DNA from: Clostridiales bacterium
GTDB lineage: Bacteria > Bacillota > Clostridia > Christensenellales > JAISNN01
Length of the DNA: 64,000 bases
Assembly: GCA_031289755.1 (NCBI GenBank)
Contig: JAITOU010000027.1
Coordinates: forward strand, 5,643 to 69,642
Direction: 5' to 3'
The position numbers were made by a program, and so were the translations under genes. The notes under the pieces are model-generated. The model had not been told where the DNA came from, ran no database searches, and saw nothing but the letters and a program-made list of their open reading frames with translations. This document shows, one piece after another, positions 10,011 to 18,652 of this stretch; the first letter of the stretch is position 1; each line of letters starts with the position of its first letter.

Positions 10011-10667
10011 TTACCTTCTTATGCCGCCCGACGGAAACAACGGCAAATCGAATGCGCCCGTGCATACTTCTTCGGTAAATTCCTGACAAGGCGGTATGAA
10101 GCAATATCCGTATGACGGAACAAGCAGCTCGACCTCGATGACGACCTTTGTGATTATTGTCAGGCAGCAGGTTACGTTAAAGGTATTTGCGCCTATATAA
10201 GAGCCTTCCGGACAATTGCAGTTGACGACCGTATCGATTTCAAACGGCATAATCGACGGTTCGGGTATAAACAGGAGAATATCGGCGGCGACCGTAAGGT
10301 CTGCCGTACCCGTGTAGCGTGTGTTTGCCGCGTCGACAAAAATGACGTTCAGCGGAACCGTTATATTAAATCTGCATCTGGAACAGCCCTTGTTGTCGCT
10401 CAACGGCTCTATGACGAGATTTGTGATAATACCTACATATGTAGAGCTTGCGGCACTGACGAATCTGAAAGGCTCGGACGGAGTCGATGTGGTCGGCGCA
10501 TAAGCCGTGACGACAATATTTTCATTTTCGAGTGTTTCCTGCCTGATACAGGCGTCAAAAACCTTTTTGACCTGTATGCAGACCCGTTCGTTAAGACCGC
10601 CGAGAGGGTTTCCGTTTATCGGACCCGGAGTCCTTTCCGGTCTCGGATTGTTATTTAAAAAAGACAT
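10011..10667 (-). CDS. hypothetical cysteine-rich protein (possible spore-surface component)
   Basis: 218 aa with a strong GGAGGTGA Shine-Dalgarno. About eleven Cys, including GCSRC, NCNC and TCC clusters. N-terminus is PRPERTPGPINGNPLGG. No signal peptide and no confident family. Confidence 0.6.
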   Translation of the reverse strand: MSFLNNNPRPERTPGPINGNPLGGLNERVCIQVKKVFDACIRQETLENENIVVTAYAPTTSTPSEPFRFVSAASSTYVGIITNLVIEPLSDNKGCSRCRFNITVPLNVIFVDAANTRYTGTADLTVAADILLFIPEPSIMPFEIDTVVNCNCPEGSYIGANTFNVTCCLTIITKVVIEVELLVPSYGYCFIPPCQEFTEEVCTGAFDLPLFPSGGIRR

Positions 10668-10696
10668 AAGTCACCTCCGTTTTTATTCAAAACTAA

Positions 10697-10866
10697 TAGC
10701 TTTCTTGCAAAACTAAATTTGTATAGATAATGTACAGATTTTTGTGTCTGCCGAGCCTTACATGACAGGTGCGTAAGCCTTAGCGTTGCGTAATTGATTT
10801 GCAAAGTTCGGCAGAAGCAGGAAGCTATGCCTTAGCTTGCGTGAAGTTAGTTTTGCAAGAAATCTA
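10697..10866. repeat. MITE-like inverted-repeat element, family 1 (copy A)
   Basis: Termini are ta|gctttcttgcaaaactaaatttgtatagata ... aagttagttttgcaagaaatc|ta. The body is colinear with the copies at 26400-26515 and 44355-44522 (inverted). Confidence 0.75.
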
Positions 10867-10954
10867 ATAATATTATATGTAATACATATGATTATGTTAC
10901 CAAAAACGGCGTATTTTTTTGTCGTTGCGGACCCAAAATAAGGAGAAATGCTAT

Positions 10955-11824
10955 ATGACAGATTTGCATATACACACAAGGTACAGCGACGGAACGGATA
11001 CTTGCTCGGAATTGCTCGGCAAGCTGATACTCAACGGAATAACGACCTTTTCGATAACCGACCACGATTTTGCCGGCGGAAATTTTGCCATGATAGAAGA
11101 ATTGAACCGTGCGGAAGCAAAGTTAAATTTTGTCACGGGAATAGAAGTGTCGTCGATATTTGACGGCACGGAAATGCACTTGCTCGGTTACGGCTTTGAC
11201 TTGGACAACGACGGTATCAAAAAACTTATCGAGAACGGAAGCCGCTTGCGTAGAGAGAAACTCTTTGCGATGTTTAATCACTTAGAGAGTAAGCACGGAA
11301 TATTTTTACCCGAAGCCGATAAGGACGAATTGAAAAACCGTGTCGTCGTAGGCAAGCCGAATGTAGTCGCTTTGATGATAAAGAACGGTATTCAAGGAAC
11401 GGTCGGCGAATTGATAGAGCGGTATTTGGATGATTTGGATACCGAGTCGTTTAAGTCTGACGCAAGGAGAGTTATCGAAGCCGTCTTAAAGGCGGGCGGC
11501 GCGGTGTCGCTGGCGCACCCGATAGAGATTATGAAAGAATACGGTTGGGATTTTGCAAAAATCGGAAGCCTTGCAAAACGGCTTAAAGACGTAGGGCTGA
11601 CCGCCTTAGAGGTCTTTCATTCGTCGCACGGGCAAAAAGAGCTTGCCGAATACAAGACCATAGCGGATAAGTACGGCTTGCTTATATCCGGCGGCAGCGA
11701 CTATCACGGAGAGTTAAAGACTGTTAAGCTCGGACGGCTAAATGCCTGCGGCAAAGAGATTGCCGAAGAAGATTTGACTATTCTTTCGGCGGTCAAGGTA
11801 GTATATAAGGGGGCGGAAGAATGA
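10955..11824 (+). CDS. PHP-domain phosphoesterase (TrpH/YciV-like)
   Basis: N-terminal DLHIHTRYSDGT, ITDHD, later SLAHP and GGSDYHG metal-ligand motifs. ATG at 10955 is preceded by AAGGAG. Confidence 0.85.
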   Translation: MTDLHIHTRYSDGTDTCSELLGKLILNGITTFSITDHDFAGGNFAMIEELNRAEAKLNFVTGIEVSSIFDGTEMHLLGYGFDLDNDGIKKLIENGSRLRREKLFAMFNHLESKHGIFLPEADKDELKNRVVVGKPNVVALMIKNGIQGTVGELIERYLDDLDTESFKSDARRVIEAVLKAGGAVSLAHPIEIMKEYGWDFAKIGSLAKRLKDVGLTALEVFHSSHGQKELAEYKTIADKYGLLISGGSDYHGELKTVKLGRLNACGKEIAEEDLTILSAVKVVYKGAEE

Positions 11825-12729
11825 AATCAAAGGTAAATTTTCACATACATACTACGCACAGCGACGGCGGTAAAACACCCGTCGAGATTGCCGCTCTCTT
11901 GGCGGACGCAGGCGTAAAATATTTTGCAATAACCGACCACGACCAAGTGTCGGGTAATACCGAAGCGGCGGAGCAGGCAGCGAGACACGGCTTAAAGCAT
12001 ATCGACGGCATAGAGCTGTCGTGCTGTTTTGCGGACGGCGAAATCGGCTTGGACGAGTCGTGGGTGGTGCATATTCTCGGACTTGGCGTGGACATTGCAA
12101 AAATGCAGGCTGAGCTAATACGGATTGAAGGCGAAAAGGACGTAAGGCTTCGCGAATTATTTGATTTGCTTGCCGCTGACGGCTACAAGATAGAATCCAA
12201 ACGCGTGACGATAAACGGCAGAATTACGGCGCGTAAAACGATAGCAAAGGAATTGATAAATAAAGGCTATGCCGCGAACGGCGACGAATGCTACGAAAAA
12301 ATTCTCAACGCCGAAAAGTACCGCAAGTACGCAAAAGCCAAGCCGTCAATAAGAGAAGGGATAGCGATAATCCACGCCTGCGGCGGTCTTGCCGTATGGG
12401 CGCACCCTTTCGGCGTGACAAGGGGCGGTAAAAAAGAGATAAGAGAAGAGCAGGTCATAGGGCTTTTAAGCTATATGATTGCTTACAAAATAGACGGTAT
12501 AGAAGCGTATTATCACAAATATTCGCCGGAACGGATTCGGCTCTTAGAAGGGCTTGCCGATAGCAATCAATTGATAAAGTCAATCGGTACGGACTTTCAT
12601 TGCTCGCCGTTTGACTCCGATAAACACCCCGAATACGTCGAGCTTCAAAAAAAAGAAAGTATCGTCTTCGATGCGGACGGCATATCGCCCGACGAAAGGA
12701 TAGCGGAAATTTTGGTGAATAGGGGATAG
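11821..12729 (+). CDS. PHP-domain phosphoesterase, tandem paralogue
   Basis: NFHIHTTHSDGG, ITDHD, WAHP and GTDFH motifs. Its start overlaps the upstream stop (ATGA). Confidence 0.85.
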   Translation: MKSKVNFHIHTTHSDGGKTPVEIAALLADAGVKYFAITDHDQVSGNTEAAEQAARHGLKHIDGIELSCCFADGEIGLDESWVVHILGLGVDIAKMQAELIRIEGEKDVRLRELFDLLAADGYKIESKRVTINGRITARKTIAKELINKGYAANGDECYEKILNAEKYRKYAKAKPSIREGIAIIHACGGLAVWAHPFGVTRGGKKEIREEQVIGLLSYMIAYKIDGIEAYYHKYSPERIRLLEGLADSNQLIKSIGTDFHCSPFDSDKHPEYVELQKKESIVFDADGISPDERIAEILVNRG

Positions 12730-12860
12730 CTTTTTGCCATACGGCAAGAGAAATTGACCGGCGTCGGGATAACTAAATTTGCCTTGCGGCAAGTGAAATT
12801 GACTGCGTCAGTGAAGTTCGGCAGAGCCGAGTGAAATTGCGGCGGTCGCCGCAGTTATTG
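12730..12860. repeat. cluster of short GC-rich hairpins, each preceded by a GWGAAATTG-like word
   Basis: Hairpins: ttgccatacggcaa, (agagaaattg)accggcgtcggg, ttgccttgcggcaa, (gtgaaattg)actgcgtcagt, cggcagagccg and (gtgaaattg)cggcggtcgccgca. The cluster lies between convergent genes. Confidence 0.5.
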
Positions 12861-12893
12861 TAATCATATTAAAAAACACAATTTTTTTTAAAT

Positions 12894-15539
12894 TTATCTT
12901 TGTTTGACTTGCACCGAATCGGCTTTTTTCTTTGCTTTTCTTTCGACAAGCTTGACGATTTCGACGACCACTATCGGGAAGGCTGCTATTGCGAGAGCTA
13001 TCAGATATAGCTTGACGGGGAGCAGTACAAGTCCGAAGGCGTCCGAAACGAAAGGCGTAAAGATGACAAAGAGCATTAGCGCAAAGCCTGCAAGAGCGGC
13101 GAGATTGAGCTTTTTGTTGGAGAAAGGATTCATTTTAAAGAGCGAGCGGTCGGAGCGCATATTGAAGGAATGAATGATTTGCGTCAGAGCAAGAATGATA
13201 AATGCCGTTGTCTGCGCGCCTTCGTGACTGCCCGTGACATAGCTTCCGAGCCAATATCCCAAAAGCGTCAATGCGCCGAACATAGTGCCTTGTAATAAAA
13301 TTTTTGTTCCGTAGCCGTGAGCAAAAATGCCTTCCTTTGCCGGCTTAGGCTTGCGCAGCATGACGTCGGGGTCTATTTGTTCCATGCCGAGAGCGATTGC
13401 GGGCAGGCTGTCGGTGACGAGATTTATCCAGAGAAGCTGCATAGACAAGAGCGGCGGCATTTTGAATATCAGCATGGCAAAAAACACCGTGAGAATTTCG
13501 CCGATATTCGTGCCGAGCAGATAGCCTATGACCTTTTTGATATTGTCGTATATGCCGCGCCCTTCCTTGACGGCTTGTATGATTGTGGCAAAATTGTCGT
13601 CGGTTAAGGTGATGTCCGCCGCCCCCTTGGCGACGTCCGTGCCGGTGATACCCATAGCACAGCCGATGTCTGCGGCTTTTAGAGCCGGAGCGTCGTTGAC
13701 GCCGTCGCCGGTCATAGAGACGATTTCGCCTTCGTCCTGCCACGCCTTGACTATGCGTATTTTGTCGGAAGGGGATACCCTTGCATAAACGGCGATGTTT
13801 CTTATTCTTGCGCGCAGCTCGTCGTCGGACATACGCGAAAGCTCTTCGCCCGTGACGGCTTCGCCGCCGTCCTTTAATATGCCGAGTTCTTTGGCTATTG
13901 CCGACGCGGTGATTACATGGTCGCCCGTTATCATGACGGGGGTTATACCAGCACTGCGGCATTCGTCTACGGCGGCTTTGGCTTCGGGACGCGGCGGGTC
14001 TATCATGCCGACAAGCCCCATAAAGGTCAGTCCGCGTTCGAGTTCTTCGATATTTAGGTCGCCCGACTCGTTAAGCTCCTTATAGGCGACGCCGATTATA
14101 CGGAGTGCTTGCTTGCTCAAAGCTTCGTTTATAGCGGCGGCTTTTTTTAAATCGCCCTTGACACAGCGCGGCACAAGCATATCGAACGCGCCTTTGACTA
14201 CGGCTATGCGTTTGCCGCCCGTTTCGTTGACCGACGTCATCAGCTTGCGGTCGGAATCGAACGGAAGCTCGGCTATGCGCGGATATGACGACGATAAGGA
14301 AGCTTTATCTATTCCGTTTAGCAGTGCGGCGGCGACAATCGACGTCTCCGTAGGGTCGCCTATATGAATTTCCTTTCCGTTGTCGTTGACGACGCTGCCG
14401 TTACAGCACAGGACGGCGTAGGTCAAAAGCTTTCTGATATTATCGTCATTATTCGGGCTTATATCGTCGGCGTCCGCCGAGCCGTCAAGGTAGGCTTTTT
14501 TGAGAGTCATTCTGTTTTGGGTCAGCGTTCCCGTCTTGTCGGAGCATATGACCGACGCCGAGCCGAGCGTCTCTACGGCCGGCAGACGGCGTATAATGGC
14601 ATTGCGTTTGACCATTCTCTGTACGCCGATAGCGAGAACGATAGTAACTACGGCGGGGAGTCCTTCGGGGATAGCCGAAACCGCCAGCGAAACCGCAGTC
14701 ATAAATAATTGGCGCGGGTCGATATGGAAGAGCAAGCCTATCAAAAAGATTATCGCGCAAGCGCCGAGCGCGACAAAGCCGAGATATTTGCCCATTTGGG
14801 CGAGCTTTTTTTGGAGCGGCGTGCCGGAATCGGTCTGGTCGTTTAAGAGATTGGCGATTTTGCCCATTTCGGTATTCATTCCGGTAGAAGTGACTATCGC
14901 CTTTGCCGTACCGTAAGTAATACTGCAACCCGAAAAGACCATGTTTGACCTGTCGCCCAAGGGCGCGCCGCCGTCGGGGAGAGCGTCAAAGGCTTTTTCG
15001 GCGGCTACCGATTCGCCCGTCAGAGCCGATTCTTCGGATTTTAAAGACGATGACGAGATAAGGCGTGCGTCCGCCGGAATCATGTCGCCGGCTTCTAAGA
15101 GAATCAAATCTCCCGGAACAAGCTCTTCGGCGTCTATCACGGCGTCCTTGCCGCCGCGTATGACCTTTGCGTGGGGAGCGGACATACTTTTTAGAGCGTC
15201 TAAGGCTTTTTCCGCTTTGTTTTCTTGCGAAACGCCCATGACGGCGTTTAATATGACTATAAGGACTATCAGGGCAGGCTCAAAAAATTCTTTAAGACCT
15301 TCGTTGTTGAGTACCGCGAGAACAAAGGAAACTGCGGCGGCAATCAAAAGGATAATTATCATTACGTCCTTGAATTGCTCAAAAAACTTGCGCAGATAGC
15401 TTTTTTTCTTTGTTTCTTTCAGTTTATTTTTTCCGTATTTTTCGGTGAGAAAGGGAAGCGCGTCGAGATTGACGCCCGTTTTTAAATCGGAATTAAGTTC
15501 TTCCGCGAGTTCGGTGGGTTTTTGGGTGTGTGGAAGCAT
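12894..15539 (-). CDS. P-type Ca2+-transporting ATPase (P2A/YloB-like)
   Basis: 881 aa. Motifs: [11 protein letters not shown] phosphorylation site, [22 protein letters not shown], and 10-TM topology. Confidence 0.95.
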   Translation of the reverse strand: MLPHTQKPTELAEELNSDLKTGVNLDALPFLTEKYGKNKLKETKKKSYLRKFFEQFKDVMIIILLIAAAVSFVLAVLNNEGLKEFFEPALIVLIVILNAVMGVSQENKAEKALDALKSMSAPHAKVIRGGKDAVIDAEELVPGDLILLEAGDMIPADARLISSSSLKSEESALTGESVAAEKAFDALPDGGAPLGDRSNMVFSGCSITYGTAKAIVTSTGMNTEMGKIANLLNDQTDSGTPLQKKLAQMGKYLGFVALGACAIIFLIGLLFHIDPRQLFMTAVSLAVSAIPEGLPAVVTIVLAIGVQRMVKRNAIIRRLPAVETLGSASVICSDKTGTLTQNRMTLKKAYLDGSADADDISPNNDDNIRKLLTYAVLCCNGSVVNDNGKEIHIGDPTETSIVAAALLNGIDKASLSSSYPRIAELPFDSDRKLMTSVNETGGKRIAVVKGAFDMLVPRCVKGDLKKAAAINEALSKQALRIIGVAYKELNESGDLNIEELERGLTFMGLVGMIDPPRPEAKAAVDECRSAGITPVMITGDHVITASAIAKELGILKDGGEAVTGEELSRMSDDELRARIRNIAVYARVSPSDKIRIVKAWQDEGEIVSMTGDGVNDAPALKAADIGCAMGITGTDVAKGAADITLTDDNFATIIQAVKEGRGIYDNIKKVIGYLLGTNIGEILTVFFAMLIFKMPPLLSMQLLWINLVTDSLPAIALGMEQIDPDVMLRKPKPAKEGIFAHGYGTKILLQGTMFGALTLLGYWLGSYVTGSHEGAQTTAFIILALTQIIHSFNMRSDRSLFKMNPFSNKKLNLAALAGFALMLFVIFTPFVSDAFGLVLLPVKLYLIALAIAAFPIVVVEIVKLVERKAKKKADSVQVKQR

Positions 15540-15617
15540 GAAACGGTCTCCTTAATTTGGATATCGTGGCTGAGAACAAAAGCAAAGAGTGACGGCTTGC
15601 ATATTACGAGCAAAAAA

Positions 15618-16523
15618 TCACGGTACGAAGATTTCAAAGGTGTTTTGCTGATAGGTAATCTCCGCATCTCCGACGGGACCTCTTTCGCCGTCGATATTCC
15701 ATGGAGTATTGGTGAGTGATTTGACCGACATAGAGTTTACCTTTCTTATGACGATATGCTTTGTATCCTTTATGTTTTCTATTTTTTTCAGGTAAGTTCT
15801 CACCATAGCGAGCAGACTGACGATGAGCGGAAAGAAGCCTTTTTTTCTCTTTGACAAAAGGACATAAAAGAAATCCTTGTTGTCGTTGTATTGCTTTGTC
15901 ACAAGCAGTCCGCCGATATGGGCGTTGTTAAGACCGGCTACAAAGGTGTAGAGCGAGTTGTGTTTCTCTCCGTCTAAGGTGATTTCGAGCTGTTCGCCGT
16001 GCCGTCCTTTGTCGTGAAAAAGTATTTCGAGATAGTAGGCGAGCTTGCCGATTTTTCTCTTCACTTCGTTTTTTGCCGTGTAGCTTGACGACGTAAACAT
16101 ACCGGCACCGATTAGGTAGCAGGCCGGAATTCCGTTGATGAACATTGTGCTTTTAAGCTTGGTTTTGCCGTTTAAGATGACTTCTACGGCTTCCTTGTAG
16201 GTGAGCGGTATTTTGTTCGAGCGCGCAAAGTCGTTTACAGTGCCGCTCGGTATGTATCCGACAACGGGACGGTCGGGCTTTCCGACGATGCCGCGAAGCA
16301 TTTCGTTAAATGTGCCGTCGCCGCCCAAAACGACAAAGACGTCGTATTTGCCGATGTTTTCGCAGGCGATGTTTTCGGAGGTAACGTTTTCGAGAGTTTC
16401 TTTCAAATCGACGGTTTCGTATTTTGTTTTTAACCTGTTTACTATTTCTTCGATTTCTGCCGGAGATTTGGAATGACCGCTTACGGGATTATTGATAATC
16501 AAACATTTCATAATTTTTTTCAA
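15618..16523 (-). CDS. diacylglycerol/lipid kinase family protein (DagK/YegS-type)
   Basis: 301 aa. Motifs: NPVSG, VVLGGDGTFNEMLRG and IPSGTVNDFAR. Confidence 0.85.
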   Translation of the reverse strand: MKKIMKCLIINNPVSGHSKSPAEIEEIVNRLKTKYETVDLKETLENVTSENIACENIGKYDVFVVLGGDGTFNEMLRGIVGKPDRPVVGYIPSGTVNDFARSNKIPLTYKEAVEVILNGKTKLKSTMFINGIPACYLIGAGMFTSSSYTAKNEVKRKIGKLAYYLEILFHDKGRHGEQLEITLDGEKHNSLYTFVAGLNNAHIGGLLVTKQYNDNKDFFYVLLSKRKKGFFPLIVSLLAMVRTYLKKIENIKDTKHIVIRKVNSMSVKSLTNTPWNIDGERGPVGDAEITYQQNTFEIFVP

Positions 16524-16969
16524 TCCTATTTTTTTAAATTTTGATAACGTTTTTTTTAGAGCCGCATTAAAAAAGGAGATAAGGACGGCTTATAAATATA
16601 TCGTTTCGTTAATTATATTATAACACATAAATCTTGTCAATAAAAAAGGGCAATTTTACATGATTTTTTGCTTAAAATCAGCCGATAATGCCTTGCAGTC
16701 GGTCAATTTTGTAGATTTTTAGGGGAATTTGCGTCAAGACGGGGCTATCTGTCACGCCGCAGGCGATTCCGTAAAAAGGCGGAAGCGGCGGCAGAAAATT
16801 GATGAAACGCCCTTTTGCAGCCCTAAGCCGACGCTTAGTTTTTTTGACGGCTTGCCCACGGGATACAAATACTCTCCGTGAGCCGCAAAAAAAATTGTTA
16901 CGAAGTCCGTGTTTTATGATATAATATAATTGACTTGTTCGGTGAACAGGTATAGATGAGTAGGTCTAT

Positions 16970-17133
16970 TAGATTAGTCCTATAACCTATCCGTCGATAT
17001 ATTTTGCGTCTTTTCGCTTTATGCGGCGTTGCATTTTCCTTGTGTAACTTACGCTACACGGCGTCAAATGCGCCTTGTATAAGGCAAAAATCCGCTAAAA
17101 TATGTTTGCCGTGTAGGTTATAGTACTAATCTA
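16970..17133. repeat. MITE-like inverted-repeat element, family 2 (copy C)
   Basis: ta|gattagtcctataacctatccgtcg ... cgtgtaggttatagtactaatc|ta. The whole unit is self-complementary. It is homologous, in reverse orientation, to the outer element at 26320-26588. Confidence 0.75.
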
Positions 17134-17185
17134 TTGTAAAAAATTCAAAAGAACAAATAAAATCATAAAGACAGTAAGATAAAAT

Positions 17186-18199
17186 ATGTTGACCGAAATA
17201 ATAAATTCAAACGACAAAAAAGCAATGCTTAGAGCTGCGGAGCTTATAAAAGACGGGCAGGCGGTAGCCTTTCCGACGGAGACGGTATACGGCTTGGGCG
17301 CAAACGCCTATGACGGAGCTGCCGTTGCCAAGATTTTCGCGGCAAAAGGACGTCCTTCGGACAATCCGCTTATTGTGCATATCGAGAACATGAATATGCT
17401 TGACGATATCGCCGTCGGAATACCCGACGATTTTTATGTGCTTTACGAAAAATTCATGCCGGGACCTTTGACGGTCATATTGCACAAAAGCAAGCGGATA
17501 GACGATATAGTCACCGCCGGTCTCGATACCGTCGCCGTTCGTTTTCCGCGCCACCGGACCGCCGCCGAGCTTATCAAAAAAAGCGGCTGCCCTCTCGCCG
17601 CTCCTTCGGCGAATATTTCCGCGCATATCAGCCCTACGACGGCTCTTCATGTCTATAACGACCTTAACGGCAGAATCCCTATGATTATCGACGGCGGCGA
17701 ATGCTCCGTCGGTATCGAGTCGACTATATTGGATTTGTCGGGCGACACGCCGACGATACTCCGTCCCGGTGCCGTCACCTTAGATATGCTTAGAAAGGTT
17801 TTAAAGGAAGTTACCGAGATAAAGAAAACCGTACACGAAATGCCGGTGAAAGCTCCGGGAATGAAATACAGACACTATTCGCCCAACGCCGAGCTGTATC
17901 TTATAGAGAACGCAGACAGGGGAATGACCGTGTACGACGCCGCCGTGTCGGAAGGCAAAAAGGCGGTCTTGATAGCCAAAGCCTCCAACGTACCGCTGTA
18001 CGGCGGCAGAAATATTTTCAGCATTCCCGACGATTCTAAGGGCTATGCCAAAAAGATATATTCGCTCCTGCGCCTTGCCGAGAACGACGCCGACGCAATA
18101 GTCTGCGAAGAACCCGAGCTTAGCGGCTCCGGCTGTTCGGTCATGAACAGGCTTTTAAAGGCGAGCATACGCGACGACAAAAGTCCGTGCAAAAAATAA
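17186..18199 (+). CDS. tsaC: L-threonylcarbamoyladenylate synthase (Sua5/YwlC type, with C-terminal Sua5 domain)
   Basis: 337 aa. Motifs: AFPTETVYGLGANA, KGRPSDNPLIVH, SANISAH, and TILRPG in the C-terminal domain. Confidence 0.9.
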   Translation: MLTEIINSNDKKAMLRAAELIKDGQAVAFPTETVYGLGANAYDGAAVAKIFAAKGRPSDNPLIVHIENMNMLDDIAVGIPDDFYVLYEKFMPGPLTVILHKSKRIDDIVTAGLDTVAVRFPRHRTAAELIKKSGCPLAAPSANISAHISPTTALHVYNDLNGRIPMIIDGGECSVGIESTILDLSGDTPTILRPGAVTLDMLRKVLKEVTEIKKTVHEMPVKAPGMKYRHYSPNAELYLIENADRGMTVYDAAVSEGKKAVLIAKASNVPLYGGRNIFSIPDDSKGYAKKIYSLLRLAENDADAIVCEEPELSGSGCSVMNRLLKASIRDDKSPCKK

Positions 18200-18532
18200 A
18201 AAGTATACGGGAATAAAAACAGATACTAAAATATCAATATTTGATGGAAAATATTGATATTTTTTAGATTTTTTAATGTATTTCGGCAAGAGAGTAACGG
18301 AAAGCTCGGAATAGTACTTTTTGATAATAGCAGGAACGGATATAAAATACAAGGAATTATAGCAAAGATTAAATAAAAACAGAGTTTCCGTTTAAAAAAA
18401 AACGAAAAAATCGGCATAAAGTCGGGAATGGAATTAGCATAAAGTCGGGATTTTACTTGACAGATGCCGAGCATGGAGATTTGATATACGCTGTCGAACT
18501 TTTTTAATTGAGTTAAATAAAAATAATTCTTG

Positions 18533-18558
18533 CATACCCGAAAGGTATGTTTTTTTTT
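18533..18558 (+). terminator. orphan intrinsic terminator (no adjacent upstream + strand CDS)
   Basis: Hairpin catacc-cgaaa-ggtatg followed by T9. The nearest upstream + strand CDS ends at 18199. Confidence 0.55.
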
Positions 18559-18567
18559 ATGTCCGTC

Positions 18568-18596
18568 TTGACATAAAGGCAAAAAGACCTTATAAT
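18568..18596 (+). promoter_or_regulatory. sigma-A-type promoter (TTGACA-N17-TATAAT)
   Basis: ttgaca at 18568-18573 and tataat at 18591-18596. It lies 57 nt upstream of the MFS gene ATG. Confidence 0.65.
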
Positions 18597-18652
18597 GATA
18601 TCGTTAGCGCGGCGGCAAAAATGTCTTGCGGCAACGGACAAACGGGAGAAAT

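Noticed and set aside
13345-13962. 205-codon alternative-frame ORF inside the P-type ATPase gene, plus many 60-150-codon ORFs on both strands between 12904 and 15399
   Set aside because: The ATPase frame carries all the canonical P-type motifs. The alternatives are Arg/His-rich artefacts of GC-rich coding DNA.
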